A stretch of DNA of 64,000 nucleotides from Verrucomicrobiia bacterium (GTDB lineage: Bacteria; Verrucomicrobiota; Verrucomicrobiia; Limisphaerales; UBA1319), in contig OY760937.1 in the NCBI GenBank assembly GCA_963664225.1, positions 672,001-736,000 on the forward strand, written 5' to 3'. The notes under the pieces are model-generated. The model was not told the DNA's origin, made no database searches, and saw only the letters and a program-made list of their open reading frames with translations. Positions 39,519 to 49,499 of this stretch are shown one piece after another (the stretch's first letter is position 1; each line of letters opens with the position of its first letter). The position numbers and the translations under genes are program-made.

Positions 39519-40957
39519 TTTACGGGAAAGAACTGGGTGACAACCGCCGTCCAGGAATCTTGCAGCACGGTTGGCGTAAATAGTCCCAGCCACAGCGAGA
39601 AACCGAGCAGCGCCAGTGGCGGGATAATGAGGCCTGTCGTTTCCTTGAACTGTTGGCTGACCGTTCTTGACGCGGCGCGCGGACGGCCATCCACAATGGC
39701 GAAAAACAGACGTGTGAGGCCGAAGAATGCCAGCAACAGGCAACCAAGAAACATCGCCGCCGCCGCCGCATGTCCTGTCTCGAAGGCCGCGCGCACCACG
39801 CGCAATTCGCTAAAGAACGGACCGAAAGGCGGACAGGCGGTGACCGCAAACATGCCTGTTATAAAAATCGCCGCCGAGCGGGGTGTCAGTACGGCCATTC
39901 CTGCGACTTCGTCCATGGTGCGCCCGCCTGCCGCGCGCCGGATGTTGCCCACGCTCATGAAGAGGGCGCCTTTGGTGAGGCTGTTGGCCCACACATGAAA
40001 GAGCGCGGCCCACATGCCTGCGGCGCCCAGGGACGCGCCAATGCACAGGATTCCCATGTGTTCGACGCTTGAATAGGCCAGCATGCGTTTGAAGTCGCGC
40101 GTGGCCAGAAGCAAAAAGGCCGCGACCAGCATTGAGAAGAGGCCGATGGCCAGCAGGGTGCGGTCCGCAATGACCGATTCACCGGCGGCACTTATCACGG
40201 CGCGCACACGCAGGATGGCGGTGAAGGCCACAGTTGTGACGCCACCCGCGAGGACCGCGCCCACGATTCCCGGCGCTTCGCCGTAGGCATCTGGTTTCCA
40301 GGTGTGCATCGGCGCGAGGCCCATCTTCGTTCCGTAACCCACAAGCAATAGCACCCACGCCATCAGCAGCCAGGGCCGCGAGAGGCCTGTGCCCTGCGCG
40401 ATCAACGCGGTGAAAGTCAGGTCGCCTCCGCCGCCACCCTGCAGTGACGCGTAGCCGAGGCAGAACGAACCCAGGAGTGAGAGCGCGATGCCCGTGCCAC
40501 CGACGAGCAGGTATTTCCATGTGGCTTCGAACGCGCGCGGCGTGCCGTTGAAGTGCAGCAAGGGCACGGCAGCGAGGGTGACCGCCTCGGTCGCAATCCA
40601 GAGCAACCCCAAATGCCGGGCCTGATGTCCCGCGCTCAACAGTCCAAGGACCGACAGGAGCGCCACGACAAAGACGCGGTTTTGCCGTTCGCTACGCACT
40701 TTCAGGTAAGTCACACCATAGGCGGCGCAGACAAGGAACAGCAACGAAACCGCCGGTAATACCGCCCTCGCGAGGGGGTCAAACGCGAGCCACGCTCCAG
40801 GCGCGAACTCTGGCGGGGCCATGAGCAGCCAGAACGAGAGAAGGACATGGATGACGCCCACAACCGGCAGAAGCCATGGGCGCGTTCGATTGTTCGGCCA
40901 AAGGGCCGCGACGGCCGCTCCCAAAAGCGGCATGACGATCAGCAAGATGTTTTTCAT
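39515..40957 (-). CDS. HyfF-like proton-translocating membrane subunit
   Basis: EATWKY, GYGTKMGLAPMHTWKPDAY and KRMLAYSSVEHMG motifs. Confidence 0.9.
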   Translation of the reverse strand: MKNILLIVMPLLGAAVAALWPNNRTRPWLLPVVGVIHVLLSFWLLMAPPEFAPGAWLAFDPLARAVLPAVSLLFLVCAAYGVTYLKVRSERQNRVFVVALLSVLGLLSAGHQARHLGLLWIATEAVTLAAVPLLHFNGTPRAFEATWKYLLVGGTGIALSLLGSFCLGYASLQGGGGGDLTFTALIAQGTGLSRPWLLMAWVLLLVGYGTKMGLAPMHTWKPDAYGEAPGIVGAVLAGGVTTVAFTAILRVRAVISAAGESVIADRTLLAIGLFSMLVAAFLLLATRDFKRMLAYSSVEHMGILCIGASLGAAGMWAALFHVWANSLTKGALFMSVGNIRRAAGGRTMDEVAGMAVLTPRSAAIFITGMFAVTACPPFGPFFSELRVVRAAFETGHAAAAAMFLGCLLLAFFGLTRLFFAIVDGRPRAASRTVSQQFKETTGLIIPPLALLGFSLWLGLFTPTVLQDSWTAVVTQFFPVK

Positions 40958-41595
40958 TCTCGAAGCGCGGTCAGTTTGCGGGTGTCGAGCGAATCAAACG
41001 CGCGCTGGATGCGGTCCACGATAATGCCAATGATGAACACCCCCACTGTCACGTCGAGCAGGATGCCCGCCTCAACCAGGAGTGGTGTCGAGTGAATGAG
41101 CAGCAGGCCGAACAGGTAGGTGCCGTTCTCCAGAATCAGATATCCGCACACCTGTGAAATGGCTTTGGCCCGACCGATGAGCAACACGAAACCCGTGAGA
41201 ACCGTGGCGATCGCTCCCGGCACCAGGAGCGACCCCCTGTGCTCCGGTATCAATGGTAACATTCCCGCCAGGGCCACGGCTGCAATTGTTCCACCCGCGC
41301 CCAGCAGCAGCGACGGCACGAATCCTATAAAAGGCTGCAACTCGCGGTCGATGTGCACCGAACGCATTGCGCGAGTCAATAAAGTGGGAATGACCAGTCC
41401 CTTGCCGGCCATGGTCGCCAACGCGACCATTACCACGCGCCAATCGGGGTGTTCCTCGATAAGCAGCGGCATGACACCCAGAGTTACTCCTTGCATCGCC
41501 ATGGCGGCAATGAGTGTCGGCAACCGGCTGCTCCCCAGCGCCAACAGGTTCAAGGCCATCGCCAGGCCGATCAGCAGATTCAAATACTCGCTCAC
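40954..41595 (-). CDS. HyfE-like membrane subunit
   Basis: GTG start overlapping the upstream stop. QVCGYLILENG and VEAGILLD motifs. Confidence 0.85.
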   Translation of the reverse strand: MSEYLNLLIGLAMALNLLALGSSRLPTLIAAMAMQGVTLGVMPLLIEEHPDWRVVMVALATMAGKGLVIPTLLTRAMRSVHIDRELQPFIGFVPSLLLGAGGTIAAVALAGMLPLIPEHRGSLLVPGAIATVLTGFVLLIGRAKAISQVCGYLILENGTYLFGLLLIHSTPLLVEAGILLDVTVGVFIIGIIVDRIQRAFDSLDTRKLTALRE

Positions 41596-42518
41596 GCCGC
41601 ACCGCCTTTCCACGCCATGAGCAGCGCGAACAGGCATAAAAGAAAACCCGTCGTCAGCAGCAACGGCACGCGGCGGAACGCCAGCCGTGCAAGCAACGAT
41701 TCCACCAGCCCGACGGAAAGTATTACGACGAGAACGCCTCCCATCAGCACGCCGGCCGCCGCCAGCGGGTTCAATTTGCCGACCGGCAGCACGGCCTGGG
41801 TGAGAAGCAGCGAGAACAGCAGGAGTTTCATTGCCGCGCCATGCAAAATCACCGCAAGCAGGGGACCGCTGTGGTCGAGCACCATGGCTTCGTGAATCAT
41901 CGTCAGTTCCAGATGCGTGTTTGGATCGTCGAACGGAACTCGGCAATTTTCCGCCAGCAACACGGTGAAGAGACCCGCCGCCAGAAGCACCGCGCCGGCG
42001 TCCGACGAGGGGGCAAGCATGGTGACGAGCGACGTGCTCCCGGTCTGAACGCATAGCGCCAGCATCGCCGCGATGATGGCCGCCTCCGCAAGCACGGCGT
42101 AGCTGACTTCGCGCGCCGCGCCCATGCCTTCAAAGGCTGAACCGGTTTCCAACGCCGCCCACGCCGTGCAGAAGCGTGCGAGAGCCAGCAGATATATCAA
42201 CACCAGCATGTCCCCGCGAAAACTCAGCACGCCGCCCGCCGGGCCAAATGGTGCATTTGGTCCAATGGGGAGCAACATTGCAGCGCCCAACACAGCGACC
42301 CACGCAACGGCCGGGCCCAGCACGAATCCCGGCGAGGCCAGTGTGCTGAGGAGGACGTTCTTTTTCCAAAGCCGGGCCAGATCGTAATAGAGTTGCAGGA
42401 CCGGCGGCCCGCGCCGACCTGCCACCCAGGCCTTTACCTTGTTGATGATGCCCGGTAGCAGCGGCGCCAGCAGCAGCCATAACGCGAGGCGGGCAATCAG
42501 GTCGAGAATCGCAGTCAT
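41592..42518 (-). CDS. HyfC/NuoH-like membrane subunit
   Basis: GRRGPPVLQLYYDL, FEGMGAARE and ENCRVPFDDPNTHLELTMIHE motifs. Confidence 0.9.
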   Translation of the reverse strand: MTAILDLIARLALWLLLAPLLPGIINKVKAWVAGRRGPPVLQLYYDLARLWKKNVLLSTLASPGFVLGPAVAWVAVLGAAMLLPIGPNAPFGPAGGVLSFRGDMLVLIYLLALARFCTAWAALETGSAFEGMGAAREVSYAVLAEAAIIAAMLALCVQTGSTSLVTMLAPSSDAGAVLLAAGLFTVLLAENCRVPFDDPNTHLELTMIHEAMVLDHSGPLLAVILHGAAMKLLLFSLLLTQAVLPVGKLNPLAAAGVLMGGVLVVILSVGLVESLLARLAFRRVPLLLTTGFLLCLFALLMAWKGGAA

Positions 42519-42576
42519 GGTCTTTCTCCAGTTAAAAAAAGAAATTCCATGCCTGGCAGGAGTAACGCTCGGGGAG

Positions 42577-43290
42577 TCAAGGCTTCACCTCCATGTTGTT
42601 GCCAGTGGCATGCGCTGAATCCATGGCTGCGGCAGCAGTAAAAATCTCCGCGTCGCTGGCGCCTTTGATGACGCGCTCGCGCAAAGCGCCATGGGCCACC
42701 ACGCGAGTGAGTCGTCCAAGCAAATCGAGATGCGCACGTGGGGAAGGGGCGATGAAGAAAAACATCCGCGTAACCGGCATGTTGTCCGGTGTTGGCGTGG
42801 CTTGCGGAAAATGGTTGCGCATCAGAAGCAGCGCCACTGTGCCGGAGTCGCGACCGAGGGTGACGCGGGCGCTGGGATGGGGCAGGGCGAATCCGCCTCC
42901 GATCGCCGCCCAGGTGACTCCCCCGGCTGAGCGCAACCGTTGCACCAGGAGTTGGCGGATTGGTGGAGTGGCCCCCGGTAACGCAACGACAATCCTGGCC
43001 AGTGTGTCCGGCACTTCCGCCGGTTCGAGGTTGCGCCAGATGCCGCCGGTCCGCAGCAGCGGTTCGAGATGGCAGCCCGTTGAGAAAGCGGAAGTTTCGG
43101 GCGAGAGAAATCCGGCACGGGTGGCCAGCCCATGGGTCGCCGCCCATTCCACCACTTGCGCCCGGTCGAACAATAATCGGCCACGGTCCGGCGTGTGGGG
43201 CATTCCATCGTGGCGAATCCAGCCTTCGACAACGCTTTCCGCAACGCCGAACGATTCGGCAATCTGGATGAGATTCAGATACGTGGACAT
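42577..43290 (-). CDS. Excisionase-like HTH fused to a PTS EIIA(Ntr/Fru)-like domain
   Basis: LNLIQIAESFGVAESVVEGWI..GMP (HTH). TWAAIGGGFALPHP (EIIA phospho-His motif) and HLDLLGRL. Confidence 0.8.
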   Translation of the reverse strand: MSTYLNLIQIAESFGVAESVVEGWIRHDGMPHTPDRGRLLFDRAQVVEWAATHGLATRAGFLSPETSAFSTGCHLEPLLRTGGIWRNLEPAEVPDTLARIVVALPGATPPIRQLLVQRLRSAGGVTWAAIGGGFALPHPSARVTLGRDSGTVALLLMRNHFPQATPTPDNMPVTRMFFFIAPSPRAHLDLLGRLTRVVAHGALRERVIKGASDAEIFTAAAAMDSAHATGNNMEVKP

Positions 43291-43355
43291 GATTTATTGC
43301 TCAAGATTTGAGTGTGATTCAATGGCAGCCTCATGTCGGCGTTCAAGAAAGGTGT

Positions 43356-45302
43356 TCACTTGTCGCCTCCCAGCAGAACCAGCGCCGCCATCGCCGCTAT
43401 TCCGACCAGCAGGTAAAGCAGGTAAGCCTGCACCCGGCCGTGTTGAAAACGGCGCGCCGCCAGCGCCAGGTTCATGATCGCCCCGGCCGCAGGCGCGAAC
43501 ACGTATTCGAGCACTGTCTCCGGTGTGTGCTGAGTGGAACGAGCGTGCGCGGGGAAAACTTCCGTCGGGCGATGTTCGTGGCGAACTGGGCGGAGAATCC
43601 AGGCGAACCATTCGGTGATGATGGCGGCAAATGAGCCCGCGGTGTATTGCATGCGCGCCGTCGGCGCGGCGTAACCACAGTCCCACGTCAAAACGCGTTG
43701 AAACCCACTGCCTCGGGCCTTGCGCCACAGCCACACTGCCGCCACCACTGCGATCGCCGCCAGGGTGATATGCGCCATGCTGAGCGCCGCGAGAGGGACG
43801 GGGGAGGGAGTTCCGGCCCAAACGGGCTGCCAGACTTCAACAGCCCGCGAGACAGCGGGCCAGAATACAACCGGCGCCAGACCAATTGCCACACAGCCTG
43901 CGGCGAGCAACAGCATCGATCCGCGCATTGCCGGGCCACACTCGTGCGCATGAACCGCCGCGTCAGATCGAGGCGCGCCCAGGAAAACCACACCGCACAC
44001 CTTCACGAAACACGCCAGCGCCAGCGCGCCGGTTACGCCAAGCAGTATCGCCGCGGGTATCGCGGCCCACGCCGTAGGGCCATGCGCCAATGTGCTGTCG
44101 AACAGACCGAGATAAACGAGCCATTCGCTGACAAATCCATTGAGCGGTGGCAGTCCGGAAATAGCCGCGGCGCCGAGCGCGAAAAGCGATGCCGTCCATG
44201 GCATTGTCCGCCAGAGTCCGCCAAGGCGGCTCATTTCGCGGGTGCCGGTCGCGTGCAATACCGAGCCTGCGGCGAAAAACAGAAGGGATTTGAAAAGCCC
44301 GTGATTCCACACATGGAGAAGGCCTCCCGCCAGCGCAAGCCGTCCCCATGTTGGATTACCCTGGCTGGTGGCCACCATTGCGAATCCAAGACCAATGAGA
44401 ATGATTCCGATGTTCTCAACGCTGTGATAAGCGAGCAGCCGCTTGAGGTCGTGCTGGCCGAGGGCGAAGGCGACGCCGAGCACGGCGCCAACGACGCCAA
44501 GGGTTGCCACCACCCACCCGGCGGAGGGCGGAACAGGCAGCCAACCGCTGAACCGCACCAGCCCGTAAATGCCGATCTTGAGCGTTACGCCGGACAGGAT
44601 GGCCGACACGTGACTTGGCGCGTTGGCATGGGCTGAGGGCAGCCAGATGTGCAGTGGAAACATGCCGGCCTTCAGTCCGAATCCAACCAGCGCAAGCCAG
44701 AACAAGGGGGCGAACTCTGTATGGTTGCGCATCGGGCCGAGATCCCAGTTTCCGGTGTGGGCCGCAAGACTGGCGAAGAAGGCGAAAAGGCAAAGTGCGG
44801 CCACATGCGACGCGCCAAGGTACAGCCAACCCGCCGCCCGAACCTTGCTTGATCGTCGGTCGAGAGTGACCAAAAAATACGCCGCAACCGTGAATAGCTC
44901 CCATGCGATGAGAAAATGTAATCCGTTGGAGGAAAGTAGCACCAGGCCAAGACAGAGGAGCAGCACGCTCCACCACACCCGGCCGGGGCGCGAAGAACGC
45001 GGATGCGCCGCGTCACTCCAATATTCGCGGGCATAAACGGCGCCCGCACCGCCGATCAAGGCAAGCAGCGCAAGAAATAATGCGCTTAAAGCATCGAGTC
45101 GCAGATGGATGGTTTCGCCGCCAAGGTGCAGGACGCTGCGCCATTCCCAGGCTGCATCCGAGGCCAATGCCGTGACCGCCGCACCCAACGCGCCCGTAGT
45201 TCCAGCGAGCACGCACGCCAGCCACAGTCTGGGAGCGCGCGCTCCAGCGAGGATGCTCACAAGCATCCCTGCGCCAGAAATCGTCAGCAGAGTATGAATC
45301 AT
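43356..45302 (-). CDS. HyfB-like proton-translocating membrane subunit
   Basis: KAGMFPLHIWLPSAH, LKRLLAYHSVENIG, TWDCGY and MQYTAGSF motifs. Confidence 0.9.
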   Translation of the reverse strand: MIHTLLTISGAGMLVSILAGARAPRLWLACVLAGTTGALGAAVTALASDAAWEWRSVLHLGGETIHLRLDALSALFLALLALIGGAGAVYAREYWSDAAHPRSSRPGRVWWSVLLLCLGLVLLSSNGLHFLIAWELFTVAAYFLVTLDRRSSKVRAAGWLYLGASHVAALCLFAFFASLAAHTGNWDLGPMRNHTEFAPLFWLALVGFGLKAGMFPLHIWLPSAHANAPSHVSAILSGVTLKIGIYGLVRFSGWLPVPPSAGWVVATLGVVGAVLGVAFALGQHDLKRLLAYHSVENIGIILIGLGFAMVATSQGNPTWGRLALAGGLLHVWNHGLFKSLLFFAAGSVLHATGTREMSRLGGLWRTMPWTASLFALGAAAISGLPPLNGFVSEWLVYLGLFDSTLAHGPTAWAAIPAAILLGVTGALALACFVKVCGVVFLGAPRSDAAVHAHECGPAMRGSMLLLAAGCVAIGLAPVVFWPAVSRAVEVWQPVWAGTPSPVPLAALSMAHITLAAIAVVAAVWLWRKARGSGFQRVLTWDCGYAAPTARMQYTAGSFAAIITEWFAWILRPVRHEHRPTEVFPAHARSTQHTPETVLEYVFAPAAGAIMNLALAARRFQHGRVQAYLLYLLVGIAAMAALVLLGGDK

Positions 45303-45653
45303 GGTCTATGACCGTTGGCAGCCTGCCAGAATTGACTGCACGAGACCATAGCAAAAGCCCTGTCAGAGGGAAATGTCAACACCGCGCCATTCCTACAAGT
45401 GGATTAACACCCATTCAAAGGGCCCATGGAAGGCGACCGTTGGGGAAAAAGAGTCATCCAATAAAACCACCGAGATCGCGAATTGAAGACTAAAAAAACG
45501 GCCTGTCTCCTGTTCAAATGGCGGACGCCAAACCACCTTTTGAATTAAACCAGCAAAAACATGAGCTGGATTCAGACGGTTTTCGACGGGGCAACAAGAA
45601 AACCCAAAGAAAGGTTTCCGTTGGCAGCCACAGAAATTCGAAGCCGCCTGGTC

Positions 45654-46319
45654 TCAGTGGCGCAGTTTTCGATACGAGGCGAAACCTAACAGAACCAGTC
45701 CAGTTGCCAAAGTGCAGGTCAGCGGTTCCGGCACGCCGGTGATTTCCACCGACCAACCATTTAAAGTCGTTGTGCCGCCCGATTCGAGACTGGCTATGAA
45801 TAACGTCCAGTTTCCGTTGGCGTCTGTAGAGTTGAAAGAGGCCAGAGTGGCGTTTCGCGGGCTCGTGCCGAGAACCAGGTCGGGATCCACGTTTCGCCCG
45901 TCCGTTTGCCAATTGCCGGTCAGGGCCAGACCAGCCGAAGGGGGTTCGATTGTGTTGTAAAGATGGATGTCCCGATTAACAAGCGAGTCATCAAACGTAA
46001 TATTCAGGCCATGATCATCGTAACCGGCGAGGTTTGAGGCGGTTCGCCCTGGACGATTCAGAAGGATGGAAATGTCATTGTCATGGCTTAAATAGGCATA
46101 CAGACCGCCATTGCTATCCGAAGAAACATCGAAAGTGACCCGCACCGAATCGATCGACGTAATGGCTGAGCTTGCATCAAAAGTCAGAGCGACGCCGGAG
46201 GCGTTGCCGTCTGCAATCGATAAATTCAGTCCGGAAAAAGTGTATGTCTCGGTTACGGCTGCGGTCAAGGGCAGGGAACCCACTCCCAAAAGCAGCAATA
46301 GCAGCGATGTTTTTTTCAT
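45654..46319 (-). CDS. PEP-CTERM protein with a proprotein-convertase P-domain-like beta-sandwich
   Basis: Signal peptide. LASFNSTDANGNWTLFI..LNGWSVEI. C-terminal VPEP + TM + RKLRH. Confidence 0.85.
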   Translation of the reverse strand: MKKTSLLLLLLGVGSLPLTAAVTETYTFSGLNLSIADGNASGVALTFDASSAITSIDSVRVTFDVSSDSNGGLYAYLSHDNDISILLNRPGRTASNLAGYDDHGLNITFDDSLVNRDIHLYNTIEPPSAGLALTGNWQTDGRNVDPDLVLGTSPRNATLASFNSTDANGNWTLFIASLESGGTTTLNGWSVEITGVPEPLTCTLATGLVLLGFASYRKLRH

Positions 46320-46372
46320 GATGTGCATCTTAGTTCAGCGGGTCGATTTGCTTTGATTGGATGGTCGCAAAA

Positions 46373-49300
46373 TCAGGGATAAACGGTCCGGTAAAACCGC
46401 AATGGCGATCCTGAGTTATCGTCGTAAATAATCGTCCCGGAGGGGCCGGCGATGGAAGTGCCCAGGGTTTGCCAGTCGATGGGGTGAATCAGGCTCGTCG
46501 TGTATTGAATTGTGTATGAGCGTCCAGGGATGCCGCCGAATGTTATGCGATAAACGCCCGATCCCAGGTTTTGGATGCTGCCAATTTGATTTGAACCGGT
46601 GGAATCATCGGTTTTGATGTTGACGGTGACTGTTCCTTCGGCAGTCCCGCCGTGTCCATCGCTGATGGTGTAAGTGAAGGTATCACTACTGGTGAATCCG
46701 GCAGCGGGGACATAATGAACCCAGGTATCCGCCAGGTAAATTGACGCTCCATTCGCGCTCGTCGGGAAAACAGCGGTGATGGTCAAAGCGTCGCTGTCAG
46801 GATCGGTATCGTTGGCCAGCAAGGCGGTAGTGGCGACTTTGACACCCTGGGTGGCGAAGCGTTGAATCGCATCGGCGACCGCTGTCGGCGCATGATTTAC
46901 GGAAGTGGTCACAACCGTTGTGGCACTGTTGACAACCGGAGTGAAAACCCCATCCGTCACATTGATGGTGAAGGTGGTGGTTTCCGTGGAGCCACGCGTG
47001 ACACGATTTGAAGTTGGGGCAAAAACCAGGAGGCGGATGGCGGTGGTGGCATCGGCAGCGGTGCCATTAAATGTATAAGCACCCGGTCCAGCCAATGTGA
47101 AACCCGAGCCTGTCAACGAGGCAGGGGTGAACGCACCTTTCGCGGCGTTGTCCAGGGTTATGGTTGTGTCCAGAGTTTGCGCGGGCACATCGCTATTTGC
47201 AATCGTCACCCCGACGAATGGTGAGAGAGTGGCGTTATCATTCACCGCCTGTCCAGACAGAGTTCCGGCTATTGTTGGTGGCAAATTCACAGTTGCAGTG
47301 GCGCTCGGTCCGGCGGCCGGAGCCGTATTTCCCGCCAGATCAATGGCGGTTCCGGCAGCGATGGAGATACCCAGAGGACCATGGCCTGTAATATTGGAGA
47401 TGCTGACGGTGCGCGTGAGTCCGCTCCCGGAGACGGTGATCGTCCCACCGGCGGTGCCCGGGCTGTTCAAAGTGATGTCTCCGACGGCCAGCGTGCTCAC
47501 ATCGAAGTTTGCATCAGCATAAGTCACCGTAAAATCCACTGAACCGCCGGTTGTAACCGTCGGCGAAGGCGCGCTGATGACGATGGTGGGGGCCACGCCG
47601 TCCACGAGGATACCGCTGGTGCCGGCCATGCCATTTAAAGTGAGATTTGCGTTGATCGCCGACGAATCCCGCAGTGTGGCGCCGTTGAGCACGAGCGCTC
47701 CGGCCAGTGCGATTCCGTCGTTATCGCCATTTCCGGCTGCGACCACATATCGAAAGGTTAAGGCGGTTGAACCGCTGCCGGAGAGGTATGCGGCCTGCAC
47801 CGTTCCTCCTGTGGAGAGCGTGACTGGAAGGTAAGGGGTTGCGCCAGCGACCACGATTGCCTCGTTGAAAGTGACGGTAAAATCCAGCGCCTGACCGACC
47901 CCATAAAGTGCGTCAGGTGGAACGTCAACGGAATTGACGGTCGGCACAACTGAAATATTTGCAGTTTTGGATTGCGCATCGACAATGGCCACGGCACTAG
48001 CGCTTCCGGGTGCGGTGGCGGTAAACGTGGCGGTGGCGGTTCCAGAAGACTGAATCGTAGTTTGCGCAGAGGACAGGGTGCCATGCACGGCGCTTCCAAA
48101 AGTTATGGGAACACCGACCAAGGCAGCAAGGTTGGCCGGACTGATGGTGTTGGCGCCGGAATCAGTCAGAAAGCTGGCGGTCAGTGTGGTGGTTCCTCCC
48201 ACGCCGTCGGCAATGGTGGCTGGACTGGCCGAGTGGGTCATTTGCAGCCAAAGGGTGGCCGTGGCGTTCACCATCTGGTTGGCTGCGGGACCGGTGTTGA
48301 TCCCCCACCAATTATCATTGGCGGTCAAGGTGCTACTGGTTCCACCGCGTAAAGTCAGGCCGTTGGCCGCAGTGGCTGCGGTGTTTCCAAGGAAACGACA
48401 ATAACTGACTGTGACATTGTGGCCGCTGCCGTCGGCAGATCCGATGGCTCCACCAGCGCCAGTCGGGCTTGTGGCCTGGTTGTTTTGGAATGTGGACAAG
48501 GCGATCGTCAATGTGCCGCTTTGGTTATAAATAGCTCCACCTCTGGTATTTAAGCCAGTAATCTGATTTCCAATAAAACTGCAGCCACTGATCGAGTAGG
48601 TGGTTCCCAAGCCTGTGGTTTCAATCGCGCCACCATTTCCGCTCGTGGAAATGTTATTGGTGAATTGCGAACTGGACAAGGTCAGGATGCCAGTCCCTCC
48701 GCTGGTGCTGGCGTCGAAAGCAATTGCGCCTCCGCCACCAGAAGACCCATTACCATTAAATGTGCAGTTGCTTACCGTGAGGTTGCCTCCTGCGTTCGCA
48801 ATCGCACCCCCGATTGGGGAACCGAACCCGGAGGCGAAGTTGTCCGTGAAGAGACATCCTGTGACAATAGTCTGGTTCAAGCCGGATCCGCTGATCATGG
48901 CGCCACCGCCAATACCTGTGGTTTCACGTCCGCCTCTCATGGTGACATTCTTGACTGTGAAGAGGAAACTTGCATCGAGGTTGGGATTCACCTCCAGCAC
49001 GCGATCATTTGGCCTGGTCTGCTGGATGATTGTGGCAGCCGCAGATATGCCTTCAATAGTGGTACCGCTGCGGGTGATGTCCAGATCGCCCACGGCCGGG
49101 TCGGCCGGATAGTTTTCGCCCGTTCCGTCGATTGATAATTGATAAGTGCCTGCAGGAATAAGAATCCGGTGGGGAGCGCCGGTGGGGTCGTTGTTTGCGG
49201 CGATGATCGCTTCGCGCAAGCTGATGCCGTCCGGGCCTGGGCTGCCGGTTAACGCGCTGATGCTCGTGGTGTTGCCGTTGATTGCATCCGCGGTCGTGGT

Positions 49301-49378
49301 CACGGTGATGTCTGTCGCATATCCGCTCTGAGCTAAACAGAGGACCAGCATCGACGAGGCAATAAACAGTTTTTTCAT
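46373..49378 (-). CDS. Large secreted adhesin-like protein (CSLREA-like/beta-helix N-terminus, Ig-like and cadherin-like domains, C-terminal FYR domain)
   Basis: Signal peptide MKKLFI, ISLREAIIAAN, GGAI repeats, LLANDTDPDSD..FTYTISDG. Ends YTIQYTTSL..W..RFYRTVYP. Confidence 0.8.
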   Translation of the reverse strand: MKKLFIASSMLVLCLAQSGYATDITVTTTADAINGNTTSISALTGSPGPDGISLREAIIAANNDPTGAPHRILIPAGTYQLSIDGTGENYPADPAVGDLDITRSGTTIEGISAAATIIQQTRPNDRVLEVNPNLDASFLFTVKNVTMRGGRETTGIGGGAMISGSGLNQTIVTGCLFTDNFASGFGSPIGGAIANAGGNLTVSNCTFNGNGSSGGGGAIAFDASTSGGTGILTLSSSQFTNNISTSGNGGAIETTGLGTTYSISGCSFIGNQITGLNTRGGAIYNQSGTLTIALSTFQNNQATSPTGAGGAIGSADGSGHNVTVSYCRFLGNTAATAANGLTLRGGTSSTLTANDNWWGINTGPAANQMVNATATLWLQMTHSASPATIADGVGGTTTLTASFLTDSGANTISPANLAALVGVPITFGSAVHGTLSSAQTTIQSSGTATATFTATAPGSASAVAIVDAQSKTANISVVPTVNSVDVPPDALYGVGQALDFTVTFNEAIVVAGATPYLPVTLSTGGTVQAAYLSGSGSTALTFRYVVAAGNGDNDGIALAGALVLNGATLRDSSAINANLTLNGMAGTSGILVDGVAPTIVISAPSPTVTTGGSVDFTVTYADANFDVSTLAVGDITLNSPGTAGGTITVSGSGLTRTVSISNITGHGPLGISIAAGTAIDLAGNTAPAAGPSATATVNLPPTIAGTLSGQAVNDNATLSPFVGVTIANSDVPAQTLDTTITLDNAAKGAFTPASLTGSGFTLAGPGAYTFNGTAADATTAIRLLVFAPTSNRVTRGSTETTTFTINVTDGVFTPVVNSATTVVTTSVNHAPTAVADAIQRFATQGVKVATTALLANDTDPDSDALTITAVFPTSANGASIYLADTWVHYVPAAGFTSSDTFTYTISDGHGGTAEGTVTVNIKTDDSTGSNQIGSIQNLGSGVYRITFGGIPGRSYTIQYTTSLIHPIDWQTLGTSIAGPSGTIIYDDNSGSPLRFYRTVYP

Positions 49379-49499
49379 GGGAATCATGTTCAAAAAGGAA
49401 CGGCGGAAGAAGCAGCAGCACGGAAAGGCGCAGCCTGGCCGATTGTCAGCCAGACCGGACAGATGATGATGGATTGTTGCAGGTGCAATGAGATCAATC

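Noticed and set aside
45351..45366. Sigma54 promoter for the Ehr operon
   Set aside because: The minus strand reads TGACAG-GGCTT-TTGC and lacks the essential -24 GG. Similar near-misses at about 19674-19688 and 29197-29210 were also rejected.
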